64,000 nt of DNA from Bacillota bacterium. Its GTDB lineage: Bacteria; Patescibacteriota; Saccharimonadia; Saccharimonadales; UBA4665. The translations under genes and the position numbers were made by a program. Shown piece by piece: positions 26,801-33,178 of the stretch. The DNA lies in assembly GCA_035478295.1 (NCBI GenBank), contig DATIJU010000014.1:202911-266910 (forward strand), given 5' to 3'. The notes below the pieces were generated by a model. The model saw only the letters and a program-made list of their open reading frames with translations, had not been told where the DNA came from and ran no database searches. Each line of letters starts with the position of its first letter. The first letter of the stretch is position 1.

Positions 26801-29134
26801 GTTACCCGAGTTATCGATACGCGTAATACTATTTGTCTGGATTGTACCGCCAGTGGTATTTATGTTCCCGGCGCTAGTGGTGGTGCCGCCAACGATAACG
26901 CCGGTGCTCGTTACCGCCAAGTAAGTGCTCGCACCGTTATTGCTCTGTACCTCAAACAAGTTTGCGGCGATTGGTGCCACATTATCACGAATGGTAAGGG
27001 CCCCGCGGGTGGCGTCCAATACAATTTCCGGATCTGTAGAGTTAGTGTATGCCGCCTGCAATGTTACCGCTGCGCCACTACAGTTGCCGGTGCTTACACA
27101 AATGGTAGCAGAACCGGCACCAGGGTCCGGCAAAGTGTAGACGGTATTTTGGCCAAGGGCAGCCGTCTGTACGGTGCCGGTATTGCCATTAGTGCTGTTC
27201 ATAAACACCAAACGGCCATCGAGCGTGCTGCTCTGGCCTAAAATTGCCTGGCCGGTGGTAGTGTTCACGCTCAAGACCCGGTTGCCAGAAGCATTCTGGA
27301 CACTGAATGCAAGTGCCGAGTCACTACTGTTCTGAAAGGTATTGGTAGCGCCAGTAAACGTCTGGGTGGCATTCAGCTTGGCGAGGCTAGCGTCGTTGCT
27401 CAAGTTTGCCGAGGAGATTTGCGCACCGTTTATCCGGTACTGGCTGCCCACGGTCAGATTGAGGTTGCCGTTCACTCCTACTGTTCCGCCGCTTTGGCTC
27501 AGGAGCGAGTCGCCGAGGCTCTGAGCGCCCGTAAATACGGGTAGCGTACCACTCGTTCCAGTCCCGGTAATACTGCTGCCAATGCCAACGCAGTTCCCCG
27601 CGGTGGTACAGATAACATACGTATTAGGGGCTGCCGCACGATCAAAGTTATAGTTTACAGCGCCCGTTGGAGTGCCGGTAAAACCAACCGTTGTTGTGCC
27701 GCCACCCCCGGCCGAGACAATTGTACTGGCTGCATTACCCTGCAGCGTAAAGCTCTGCGCACCCGCACCAACCGTCAAGGCTCCCGAAGGAGTAATTGCG
27801 TTAGTATTCACACCGCTGAAGGTAGGAGTTGAAGTTGAACTAATATTTTGTACAGTGTTCACCGCCCCTGTTGTAACGGTAAAGTTAGTAGAGTTAAAGC
27901 TGGCTATGCCCTTTGCTACTGAGGATGCGTCGTTAATCGTTACCACCGAACCGGCGCCCGTAGAGTTGGCGATGGTAAGCGCACCGCTTAGGCCGTCCAA
28001 CGAAGTTACCGTCGAACCTCCCGTACATGAAGCAAAGGCCGGAGCACCGGCCGTTGAAACTAAACAAAGGCCGGGTCCGGCCGCAGTTACCGTACTTATC
28101 GCCGAAGCTCCGTTGCCCAGCAGCACACCATTGGGCGCAAAGGTGTTTGCTCCGGTGCCGCCGCTCGCAACACCCAATGGGCTCGTTAAATTAACGATAC
28201 CAGAAACATTGAGGTTGCCAGTGACGGTTACTGTCGTGCCACTCTGGCTGATAACCGAGTCGCCAATGGTTTGCGCACCGGTAAATACCGCCAGCTGGCC
28301 TGATATGCCGCCGGCGCTTGACACGGTACCCGTGCCCGCACCAACGCTGCTGATCGTCAGGTTCCCATTGCCGTCGTTGGCGATCTGCAGATTCGCCGTT
28401 CCAGGGGTTAAGCTCAAAACGCCTGCGCTTTGCAAGGTGTTACCGGTCATCTTTAGACCGTCACCGACTGTTATGGCGCCGGTCTGACCGCCAAACGATA
28501 ACACACCACCGTTTGCCAGCTGGTTGCCGACCACGCTCAGCCCCCCGCCAAGTATCACATCTCCACTCACACCACCAATACTTTGCACTACGGCACCTGA
28601 GGCGCTTAACGGCACAAAGGCTGTGCCATTGTAATAGGCTAACTGATTAGTGTTTTGATCGAAGTAAATCTGGCCACTCTTGGGGGCGTTTGGCTGTACA
28701 GAGGGCGAAACTATCAAACCGTCATTGAGCTTCAATGAACCGTTGACAATAACACTACTGGAGCCAAAGTTAACCCCTTGTTCGTTGGCGATAAAGCCGC
28801 TCAGCGGAATCTGCACGGTGTTGTACTGACCGGCGATACTGTTGTTGGCAGTGGTAGTCGGCTTTTTCTGTACATTCGCGATAACTAGCCCGATAAGCCC
28901 GATTACGAGTAGCGCAACCAATATAACATCAGCGCGTTTTAAAGCACGCACGATAACACTCGTCTTCGTCTTAGGGTCAGCAGCAGCTACGGCAGGCGGA
29001 GGTTGTGACAGTATTGTTGGGTCGAGTGACAGTGCTCCCATATTTGCTGGATCTAATCCTGCGCCAAGGTTTGACGCTTGCCCAGCGCCACCACCGTCAT
29101 ACGTAACACCCGTGTTTTGGTCTTGGTTTTCCAC
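17828..29134 (-). CDS. Giant surface fibre/adhesin-like protein 1 (3768 aa), N-terminal signal anchor
   Basis: Uninterrupted 11.3-kb ORF with a GTG start. TM anchor at residues 69-87 (nt 28874..28930). Gly/Thr/Ser/Asn/Ala-rich beta-type repeats. Five Y-x-LPDPG...C-x5-C loops. Two CBM4_9-like modules (~19456..19900 and ~18843..19293; NLVTNSGFENGTSGW, NGITNPSFELNDVGW). LamG/ConA-like C-terminus (TWYHLTVAVNAAGTSADFQVNG). Confidence 0.9.
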   Translation of the reverse strand: MENQDQNTGVTYDGGGAGQASNLGAGLDPANMGALSLDPTILSQPPPAVAAADPKTKTSVIVRALKRADVILVALLVIGLIGLVIANVQKKPTTTANNSIAGQYNTVQIPLSGFIANEQGVNFGSSSVIVNGSLKLNDGLIVSPSVQPNAPKSGQIYFDQNTNQLAYYNGTAFVPLSASGAVVQSIGGVSGDVILGGGLSVVGNQLANGGVLSFGGQTGAITVGDGLKMTGNTLQSAGVLSLTPGTANLQIANDGNGNLTISSVGAGTGTVSSAGGISGQLAVFTGAQTIGDSVISQSGTTVTVTGNLNVSGIVNLTSPLGVASGGTGANTFAPNGVLLGNGASAISTVTAAGPGLCLVSTAGAPAFASCTGGSTVTSLDGLSGALTIANSTGAGSVVTINDASSVAKGIASFNSTNFTVTTGAVNTVQNISSTSTPTFSGVNTNAITPSGALTVGAGAQSFTLQGNAASTIVSAGGGGTTTVGFTGTPTGAVNYNFDRAAAPNTYVICTTAGNCVGIGSSITGTGTSGTLPVFTGAQSLGDSLLSQSGGTVGVNGNLNLTVGSQYRINGAQISSANLSNDASLAKLNATQTFTGATNTFQNSSDSALAFSVQNASGNRVLSVNTTTGQAILGQSSTLDGRLVFMNSTNGNTGTVQTAALGQNTVYTLPDPGAGSATICVSTGNCSGAAVTLQAAYTNSTDPEIVLDATRGALTIRDNVAPIAANLFEVQSNNGASTYLAVTSTGVIVGGTTTSAGNINTTGGTIQTNSITRIDNSGNLSNIGSATLSGAISGGTTYTGSGNINTTGGGLQTNSVTRVDNSGNLINIGSITASGNATIQGGNVTIGTAAQAGLLVLSDGSSNTGTVQTAALGQNTVYTLPDPGAGTATICVSTGNCSGTAVSLQGAYDNSTDPEIVLDATRGALTIRDNASSLGANLLEVQSNNGSTTYFAVTALGASTTGTLAATSNINSISGALQTNNTTRIDNSGNASNIGTIALSGSISGGTTYTGSGNINTIGGGLQTNSVTRVDNSGNLTNIGNVTGTGAVTIASSGAGNNVIIDGANQLVVQDVATFNATSTFNNSVSLALANSQNLSLTNTATGTSAVNLISSVLTNNTTGGAQQVALLQNATGSGVTEALLHLDNADATNAVAKGLQITAAGAAGITNALDVSDPNIVTALLFGLNDISGTNFSVTGSSGAVLSAGNGTFQGGTLTLGAAAQGGALVLSDGSANSGTLQTASLGQDTVYTLPDPGGATATICLTTGNCAGTGGGVTGSGTANRLAKFSGTGSVIGDSTISDNGTTVSTTGNLVIQGGTATLGVASSQSGGLALANSGSGFLGTVKSNALGQATDFILPDPGSASATFCLSSGNCTGSGSSSTLQAAYNAGNTISTTSARNIDFTLATGGTNANFTITTAAGATGFTTFSLANGSNATPAAQLVLVKNNDTNEVLAAGIAVQAAAGGITTAFDASGANITNALSIGANAIAGTNFSVSGAGAVTAVGVNSGAGLLQGTGGLTVTGAASINATGTANTSIGNGTGSLAIASSGLNVTAGGAVSGVSTLSTSGIITAGTLGSANTSTFLCRNGSNEIATCSTTGSGVAFVQGGNSFSAAADLGTNDGQPLNFRTSGTTKLTLSTGGDLTYASGSGGFDQSASSGTFKTGTGNVSVNGDTTVAAGKNLSLASGAGVLSQAYTNSAAGNAQNITIANTNTGAGVIIQGINLTPTNTATASSGTNVLNVINLAAGGALGGTDQTNGINFASATGYTNFIKTPTAALTSGGALTGLTGVTLTSGNVSTPGNISTTGSGNIASAGTVSVGSFAAASSTAVCSNAGVLSTCNANPSSVTLQQAYAAGNTISTTGNDIAFTMNSAQNFTVTSAAGATGSSVFSLANGANPSAPSQLVLVKNNDTDEVVGIGVSVQAAAGGGITTAFDASGANITTALAIGAHAISGTNFSVTAAGAITAVSLSASGNINTTGGTIQTDSTDRISNGGNLVNIGTVSTSGAINGQTINTASTFTGTVAIQGASALTLGTSTSNTGAIIFKGSGGSGTLTLQGPTTPNASNFTLSMPAITANATVCSNNLATSGCIANQFGSAQVANFFIQGNGDHTEGILKASVGQTADIFQVQDSNGSPLFQIDSNTSLATVNDNLVVNAPSTSQASIVAIAPSNGGNVVIDVQRLNTNSVARITNDGLLALGNSAVGIGGKVAIEDNATGYYGNFLGNSLLTGDRNYYLPNSTGTICLDIGNCGSINGTLQAAYGFSAGGSTPEIKLDNIQAGIDIQDADFSLGSSANFLSLRASNNSGLGNILVGFGIDGNIFMQPNVNRTDFIDINNNGGNNLLTVDSSNNRVGIALGGSVLPAYKLDVGGDINMSTGGVLRIGGTSTLTAGALSFSAASTNSIAAASSQALTIASTNFNVSAAGAVTLPGGQTSDVLAAAINTANGTGSTLTLTAGNSTSNTCGTACAGGVMSIQGGNATGSSGTRNGGAVSIEGGTGATANGAINIGTVNNSNITVGKSNGGTLSLLGGTGGINLGTGGVANTLQIGNITGAVSQTINLGTNATASSTSLVTIGSATTAANSVTIEAGNTGGINIGNGATAHTINIGNGAAVQGITIGSTNSTSALTLQSGSAGTSILSSGNVTIGAADANGTLLVFDTKNTAGDPTGVNGAMYYNSNSGKFRCYQNSTWSDCITASGGFVSLQNAYTNSTGGSTSEIILDGTRGTLDIQDQSTSNGGSIAANLLNIRATAANDTTLGTLMFSVGNTGAVLSKNSSNSATAFQIQNALATATVLDVDTTNQRVGIGTAAPARTLDIATNDSNTTAPALRLLQGGTGDATVDLNTTAGSIFLGVDNSDGGSLKLSSNVANGGTITAGFNSTNFPNMDAGNANQVGASQITSGASSGTLNTIRVFFQNPTGSAQVALYADTGSNLPGALLSTSQQQTVVEGWNTFSMPSVAISASTKYWIGFDVSDNNLRYPYFNAGPSAYQNSTFGTMPSPFGTPTNTSGVLSYDVNMVYTTGSTDSFTGNVLSVSSTGVTTFKNATDSTSAFRVQNSSANSILTINTSDSTAGINLVTNSGFENGTSGWAKRGSVPTFISTMQQHHSGNDALYVEGGNAAGDGAKYNITLTTTAAYIITFYARLGPSEAQMFTLAAGYSSDGSTDTTPCSLSTTSLTGTGWTRVECTLTAPGTNSGTPFFYVKQTDASTRDMYFDDFFIALDTSTTTDNNSNGSIDLQGSISSPLLVRGNSNTTDLFNIQTSTSTNVMSVGTLDPTNGITNPSFELNDVGWSPTSNATVGQDSTQAWVGSASLKVTTTANGLAGAAFNTGNTNPTKLIQIQQYTLSWYAKLSSGTFTDIKARYTRNGSSFVECTPSFQTVSTTGWTRFSCTFTTDATAPTASADIRIVQTGATAHTFWIDGVRLEAGAAASSYGAGTLAFDAVINSPVNIRNTANSTGAFNIQNAAGSSMFNVDTLNNQVVVGPSGGDTNGMVLVLGVKTIYTGGAQAGDPTGVAGAMYYNSALGQFRCYEFDHWRDCLESVNTSYHYTNDMTGNAADSSADFDPGVAGAFGSVNGEIGHPGIVTMETNTGGAGSTITTLARTSGSNIIRLGNGDYWRYETALRIRTASGLSGSGQTYTVRAGFNNDGSTGADPTNGCFFKYTDTVNTGKWQGVCTTASTPTTCDTTITVAVDTWYHLTVAVNAAGTSADFQVNGVSKCQVATVPTGSTQQTNWANSLTKNAGTTNRFIDVDYFDVLGQLGTRR
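26020..27180 (-). repeat. In-frame tandem duplication, period 633 nt (211 aa), ~1.8 copies, inside giant gene 1
   Basis: cgcgggtggcgtccaatacaatttccggatctgtagagtta occurs at 26371 and at 27004 (offset 633). ~100-nt near-identical tracts occur at 26041.. and 26671... The protein repeat is TVQTAALGQNTVYTLPDPGAG.ATICVSTGNC...PEIVLDATRGALTIRDN... Confidence 0.75.
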
Positions 29135-29182
29135 GACTGTTTTTGTTTTCTCTCTCGTTTATAGAGAGTTCTCCCTGATAGT

Positions 29183-29211
29183 ATCCTATCCGCTTATGTT
29201 AGGCTTGACAA
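29183..29211 (-). promoter_or_regulatory. Candidate promoter of giant gene 1 (TTGTCA, 17 nt spacer, TAGGAT)
   Basis: Minus-strand -35 TTGTCA (29206..29211) and -10 TAGGAT (29183..29188). The aligned position in the paralogous spacer at 41068..41096 has TTGCCT, 17 nt, TACCAT. Confidence 0.4.
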
Positions 29212-29262
29212 GCATTTTTTACTACAAAAATACCGTAGCGCCTGTGGATAACTATGTGCACA

Positions 29263-30105
29263 TTATGTCGTCAATATGAGGTATATGACGATAACCGTGA
29301 ACACAAGGATTCCTACCACTGTTAAACCTATTTCCAAAAGGCTCTTATGCACCGCTTCTTCAGAAAGCGGATTACGCCCGATTGAAATAATGCTGGAGCG
29401 AACCGAAGAGTATAACAAAATAGTAACCACCACAAAGAGCATGAGCACCAGCAATGCCGCAATAAGCACCCGCACGGGCGACACATTATGCCCAGCTACA
29501 CTAGCGGCAAAATCTTGTAACATGGGTGGCAAAAATGAATTGTCGTCTTGAGGGGCCTGATAGAACACCTTATCTACCTGAATAGGTATTGCGCCGATGT
29601 GAACTGATAGCTCCTTACCCTTTTTGTTGGTCACCGTGCGCGTCTGCATAATGCTCGCCGACGAAAAATTAGCTTGGGCGGTGCCAATAACAAGAGTGCT
29701 TGTAGTAGCCTTCATACCAATTCCCGATATTGGCGAAGTCGTCACCTTATCGCCGGTCTTAATTGCGCCATTAATGTCGCTCACCAGTACGGTGGTCGAA
29801 CCGTTTGTCACCACCTGCACTGAACCAACACCATTAGTCAGCTCAATAACCGATTTGTTGCCCACAACACCTAGCAAGCGGTCCACATTGTCCTGCGTAC
29901 CCAGCTCCACCGTATTGGGCGTCCCCTGTTTGAGACTTACGAGCGCACCGACAACCACGTTTGGGTCACTACTCTGAAAACCTTGCGCTATGGAGGAGGC
30001 ACCTTGAGCGTTCAGTGAAGACACACCAAGTACCAGGATAGGCACAGCTAAGCCCAACCCAGCGTATCTTATTCTCTGACCGATCGATCGTCGCTTAAGC
30101 AACAT
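29263..30105 (-). CDS. Giant-protein partner protein A1: signal peptide, beta-rich ectodomain, C-terminal helical hairpin
   Basis: 280 aa with an ATG start. Signal peptide (...GVSSLNAQGA). ~170-aa ectodomain (LLGVVGNKSVIELTNGVGSVQVVTNGSTTVLVSDINGAIKTGDKVTTSPISGIGMK). Two C-terminal TM helices joined by RSSIISIGRNPLSEE. It is a clear paralogue of 41147..41983. Confidence 0.8.
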   Translation of the reverse strand: MLLKRRSIGQRIRYAGLGLAVPILVLGVSSLNAQGASSIAQGFQSSDPNVVVGALVSLKQGTPNTVELGTQDNVDRLLGVVGNKSVIELTNGVGSVQVVTNGSTTVLVSDINGAIKTGDKVTTSPISGIGMKATTSTLVIGTAQANFSSASIMQTRTVTNKKGKELSVHIGAIPIQVDKVFYQAPQDDNSFLPPMLQDFAASVAGHNVSPVRVLIAALLVLMLFVVVTILLYSSVRSSIISIGRNPLSEEAVHKSLLEIGLTVVGILVFTVIVIYLILTT

Positions 30106-30134
30106 AGCAGAGCCTTACTGAATTACTGCTTATG

Positions 30135-30140
30135 ATTATA
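30135..30140 (-). promoter_or_regulatory. -10 box TATAAT of partner gene A1
   Basis: The minus strand reads TATAATCATAAGCA. The paralogous gene has TATAATCGTAAGCA at 42000..42013. Confidence 0.4.
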
Positions 30141-30222
30141 GCTTAGTTGGGGTGAATATCGACAACCGAGACCGCAAGACTAGTGCATAAACAACGATTT
30201 TCGCGTATAGTCATACCTTGTA

Positions 30223-30897
30223 ATGGATGATAAAAAGCTAGCCCCGAGCGGCGCACAAAGCACGCCCGCCGCTCCTGTCACGGACCCGGCACCGGCTCCT
30301 GCGCGCCCTGAGCCACCCAAACATGAGAATCTCAAAAGTATTCTGTCAACGATAGCCATTTTGTTAATCGCCCCGATTATCGCCGTATTCTTAACTGCAT
30401 TCGTGTTTCAATCCTACCAAGTAGATGGTCCCAGCATGCAGACCACACTCCACGACAAAGACCGCCTGATCGTCTGGAAGACGCCACGCACTTGGGCGCG
30501 ACTTACCGGCCACCCTTACGTTCCTAAGCGTGGTGATGTCGTAGTGTTTACTAATCCAAACCTCGCTAACTTTGGCCAAGATCCTAACAAACAGCTCATT
30601 AAACGCGTTATAGGTCTGCCAGGCGACAAAGTTGTCGTGCAAAACAACACACTCACCGTATATAACACTGCCCACCCGAAAGGCTTTCATCCCGACCAAA
30701 CACTGCCTTACGGCCAGGCCATTGTTGGCACCAATATCGATGGTGAATGGACTGTTGCTAAAGGACAGCTGTTTGTATGTGGCGACAACCGCTTCGACTC
30801 GCTCGACTCACGTATTTTCGGGCCAATTGACGCAAACGATATTATCGGCAAACTAGTTGTCCGGGTGCTGCCCCTCAACCAGGCAATGCGCTTCTAG
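30223..30897 (+). CDS. lepB: Signal peptidase I
   Basis: 224 aa. TM anchor, catalytic Ser box GPSMQTTL, Lys box KRVIGLPGD, and box E GDNRFDSLDSR. Confidence 0.9.
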   Translation: MDDKKLAPSGAQSTPAAPVTDPAPAPARPEPPKHENLKSILSTIAILLIAPIIAVFLTAFVFQSYQVDGPSMQTTLHDKDRLIVWKTPRTWARLTGHPYVPKRGDVVVFTNPNLANFGQDPNKQLIKRVIGLPGDKVVVQNNTLTVYNTAHPKGFHPDQTLPYGQAIVGTNIDGEWTVAKGQLFVCGDNRFDSLDSRIFGPIDANDIIGKLVVRVLPLNQAMRF

Positions 30898-31754
30898 GCT
30901 AGTGATCCTAAAATACGTTCTAGGTCATCGTCCGACGTAAAGGCAATTTCGAGCTTGCCGCCTTTGGCAGTACGTCGAATATGTACTGGCACGCCGCCCA
31001 AACGTTTACTTAAACGCTTGGTTGCTGGCGTTTCAGTTTGCATACGCTCTTTGGTGTCTTTTGTTTCCTTAAAGCCTTCTTTTACCGAAACTACAAATTG
31101 TTCTGCCTGGCGTACCGGCCAGCCATATCTGAGAATATGGCTCAGAAGTTCCTGCTGTTTTTCGGGCATGCCCTTGAGGGACAATATAGCTCGGGCATGG
31201 CCTTCGCTAATGTCACCCTTTTGCAGCGCGTCGCGTGCCGCTTCTGGCAACTGAAGCAACCGTACAATGTTATTAACAGTCGAGCTCGCCTTACCGAGCC
31301 GCTTTGCGATCGCTTCGTAAGTCATGTTGAACTGCTGGTGAAGACGCTCAATAGAAACAGCCTGTTCTAACGGCGACAGATCAACACGCTGCACGTTCTC
31401 GACAATGGCAAGTTCCAGACGCTCCAGTTCTTTGGTGGTACGCACAATAGCTGGCACCTTCTCGAGGTGCGCGAGACTGGCCGCACGCCAACGGCGCTCA
31501 CCAGCCACAATAACGTACTTACCCGCGCCATGAGGCGTCACCACAAGTGGCTGAAGAATCCCATGCTCACGAATAGAATCGGCCAGACCGGCTAGCGCAT
31601 CGTCATCAAACAAGGTGCGCGGCTGATAAGGGTTAGGCGTTATGTCGGCAAGTAATAATCGCTGTATGCGATCTTGGTCATCGAAAAGTATAGCCGCATC
31701 GACACTTTTCGGGATTAAGGCATCAAAGCCGCGGCCGAGGCCAGTTTTACCCAT
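30894..31754 (-). CDS. parB: Chromosome partitioning protein ParB/Spo0J
   Basis: GLGRGFDALIP, GILQPLVV, IVAGERRWRAA, and an HTH region. The ATG at 31754 (longest ORF starts on GTG at 31760) overlaps the parA stop. Confidence 0.9.
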   Translation of the reverse strand: MGKTGLGRGFDALIPKSVDAAILFDDQDRIQRLLLADITPNPYQPRTLFDDDALAGLADSIREHGILQPLVVTPHGAGKYVIVAGERRWRAASLAHLEKVPAIVRTTKELERLELAIVENVQRVDLSPLEQAVSIERLHQQFNMTYEAIAKRLGKASSTVNNIVRLLQLPEAARDALQKGDISEGHARAILSLKGMPEKQQELLSHILRYGWPVRQAEQFVVSVKEGFKETKDTKERMQTETPATKRLSKRLGGVPVHIRRTAKGGKLEIAFTSDDDLERILGSLA

Positions 31755-32508
31755 TGACACGTTTCGCTACCTCCTTGGAAAACTGTTTATAGGCGCGAGC
31801 GCCTTTACTCCAGCGGTCGTGCTCAAAAATGGTTTTTCCGAAACTGGGCGCTTCGGCCAAGCGAATATTGCGCGGAATAACTGTTTTAAATAGCTTCTCG
31901 CCAAAGTGATTTTGGAGCTCGCTTGCCACTTGCTCTGATAAGCTAGTACGCTTGTCGTACATTGTCAGCACAACCCCCAGTAGGTCGAGCCCCGGGTTGA
32001 GGCCTTCCTTAACACGTTGCACGGTTGCAAGCAATTGCCCGAGGCCCTCCAGGGCGTAGTATTCAGACTGCACGGGGATCAGTATGCTGTCGGCGGCCGT
32101 TAAGGCATTTATAGTCAGCAAGCCTAACGCCGGCGGGCAGTCGATGATGACGTAGTCGTAAGCGGCATCCTTAAGCGCGCGCCTGAGGGCGTATTCGCGC
32201 TGCAGCTGCCCTACCAGTTCTACCTCGGCCGCAGCTAAGTTAGCGTTTGCCGGCAACAGATAAAAACCTTCCCGGTCTGCTTGACGCACCGCCTGGTCCA
32301 GAGTAGTCCGGCCAAAAAGCACATCGTAGGTGGTGGGCTCAATTTCTTTATCAAGACCCAGGCCGCTCGTGGCGTTACCCTGTGGGTCAAGATCAACCAG
32401 CAGAACGCTGGTTTTGGCGTCTGCGAGCTGTGCTGCCAGATTGGTTGCGGTGGTCGTCTTGCCCACCCCGCCTTTCTGGTTGATGACCGCAATAATTGTT
32501 TGTTTCAT
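31747..32508 (-). CDS. parA: Chromosome partitioning ATPase ParA/Soj
   Basis: Deviant Walker A (NQKGGVGKTTT). The ATG at 32508 is preceded by GAGGGA. The longest ORF extends to a GTG at 32538. Confidence 0.92.
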   Translation of the reverse strand: MKQTIIAVINQKGGVGKTTTATNLAAQLADAKTSVLLVDLDPQGNATSGLGLDKEIEPTTYDVLFGRTTLDQAVRQADREGFYLLPANANLAAAEVELVGQLQREYALRRALKDAAYDYVIIDCPPALGLLTINALTAADSILIPVQSEYYALEGLGQLLATVQRVKEGLNPGLDLLGVVLTMYDKRTSLSEQVASELQNHFGEKLFKTVIPRNIRLAEAPSFGKTIFEHDRWSKGARAYKQFSKEVAKRVNG

Positions 32509-32607
32509 CAGTTCCCTCTTCAGGTCAAAGTATATCACCCCTTGGGTAGCGCTGACAAAAACGAAAAGCGTAAGGAGTAACTAGCCTTATACGGCTACTG
32601 CTCCCGC

Positions 32608-33174
32608 TTGCCCGTGCATGCGCGGTGGACTACAGTAGCTTACATGAACGAGCAGCAACCCGAAGCAGCCAAAACCCAAAGCCACGTCCGCTCCAAACGA
32701 GGCTTGCTGCGCATGGGACTAGCCATACTAGTGCTCCTTGTTGTGGCAGGCGGCAGCCTGCTCATCAGCCTCCGCCCCACTCCAAGTCCAATTCCGCGAT
32801 CTATTCGTGAGCAGGCAGGATACCCTCTGTACTACCCGACAGAGCTTGTTGGCGACTACCGGATTGACCGTGGCTCGATGTCTCTCTCGTCACAAATTGT
32901 CAGCTTTGTGGCTAAAGATACCAGTGGCCACACTATGAATTTTACACTGCAACCCCGCCCCCGAGACTTCGACTATGCTAGCTTTTATAACAAGTCCCTG
33001 CTGCATTCATTTGTCTTTGCTGCACCGGAAGGTCAAGCAGCCATCGGCAAAGGCGACCAGCTTATGATTGGTAGCTTATTAAGCGACACCACACTCGTAC
33101 TTATATCCGGTGACAGCAGCCAGCTTACATCCGGGGAGCTCCAGACCGTTATTACCCATCTAAAGAAAGACTAG
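32608..33174 (+). CDS. Small membrane-anchored protein, family member 2 (partner of giant protein 2)
   Basis: 188 aa from a TTG at 32608 (the ATG at 32644 is perhaps the true start). One TM segment, then an ectodomain (YPLYYPTELVGDY...) of the same architecture as 17296..17826. It ends 4 nt from the convergent giant-gene stop. Confidence 0.6.
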   Translation: MPVHARWTTVAYMNEQQPEAAKTQSHVRSKRGLLRMGLAILVLLVVAGGSLLISLRPTPSPIPRSIREQAGYPLYYPTELVGDYRIDRGSMSLSSQIVSFVAKDTSGHTMNFTLQPRPRDFDYASFYNKSLLHSFVFAAPEGQAAIGKGDQLMIGSLLSDTTLVLISGDSSQLTSGELQTVITHLKKD

Positions 33175-33178
33175 CACG

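Noticed and set aside
30894-32538. Possible replication origin near parAB, suggested by DnaA-box-like 9-mers in the window
   Set aside because: The boxes are single and lie 12-16 kb apart, not clustered. No AT-rich unwinding element or dnaA/dnaN genes lie nearby. I found no 16-bp parS (TGTTTCACGTGAAACA-like) site by eye. The total box count is about the random expectation.
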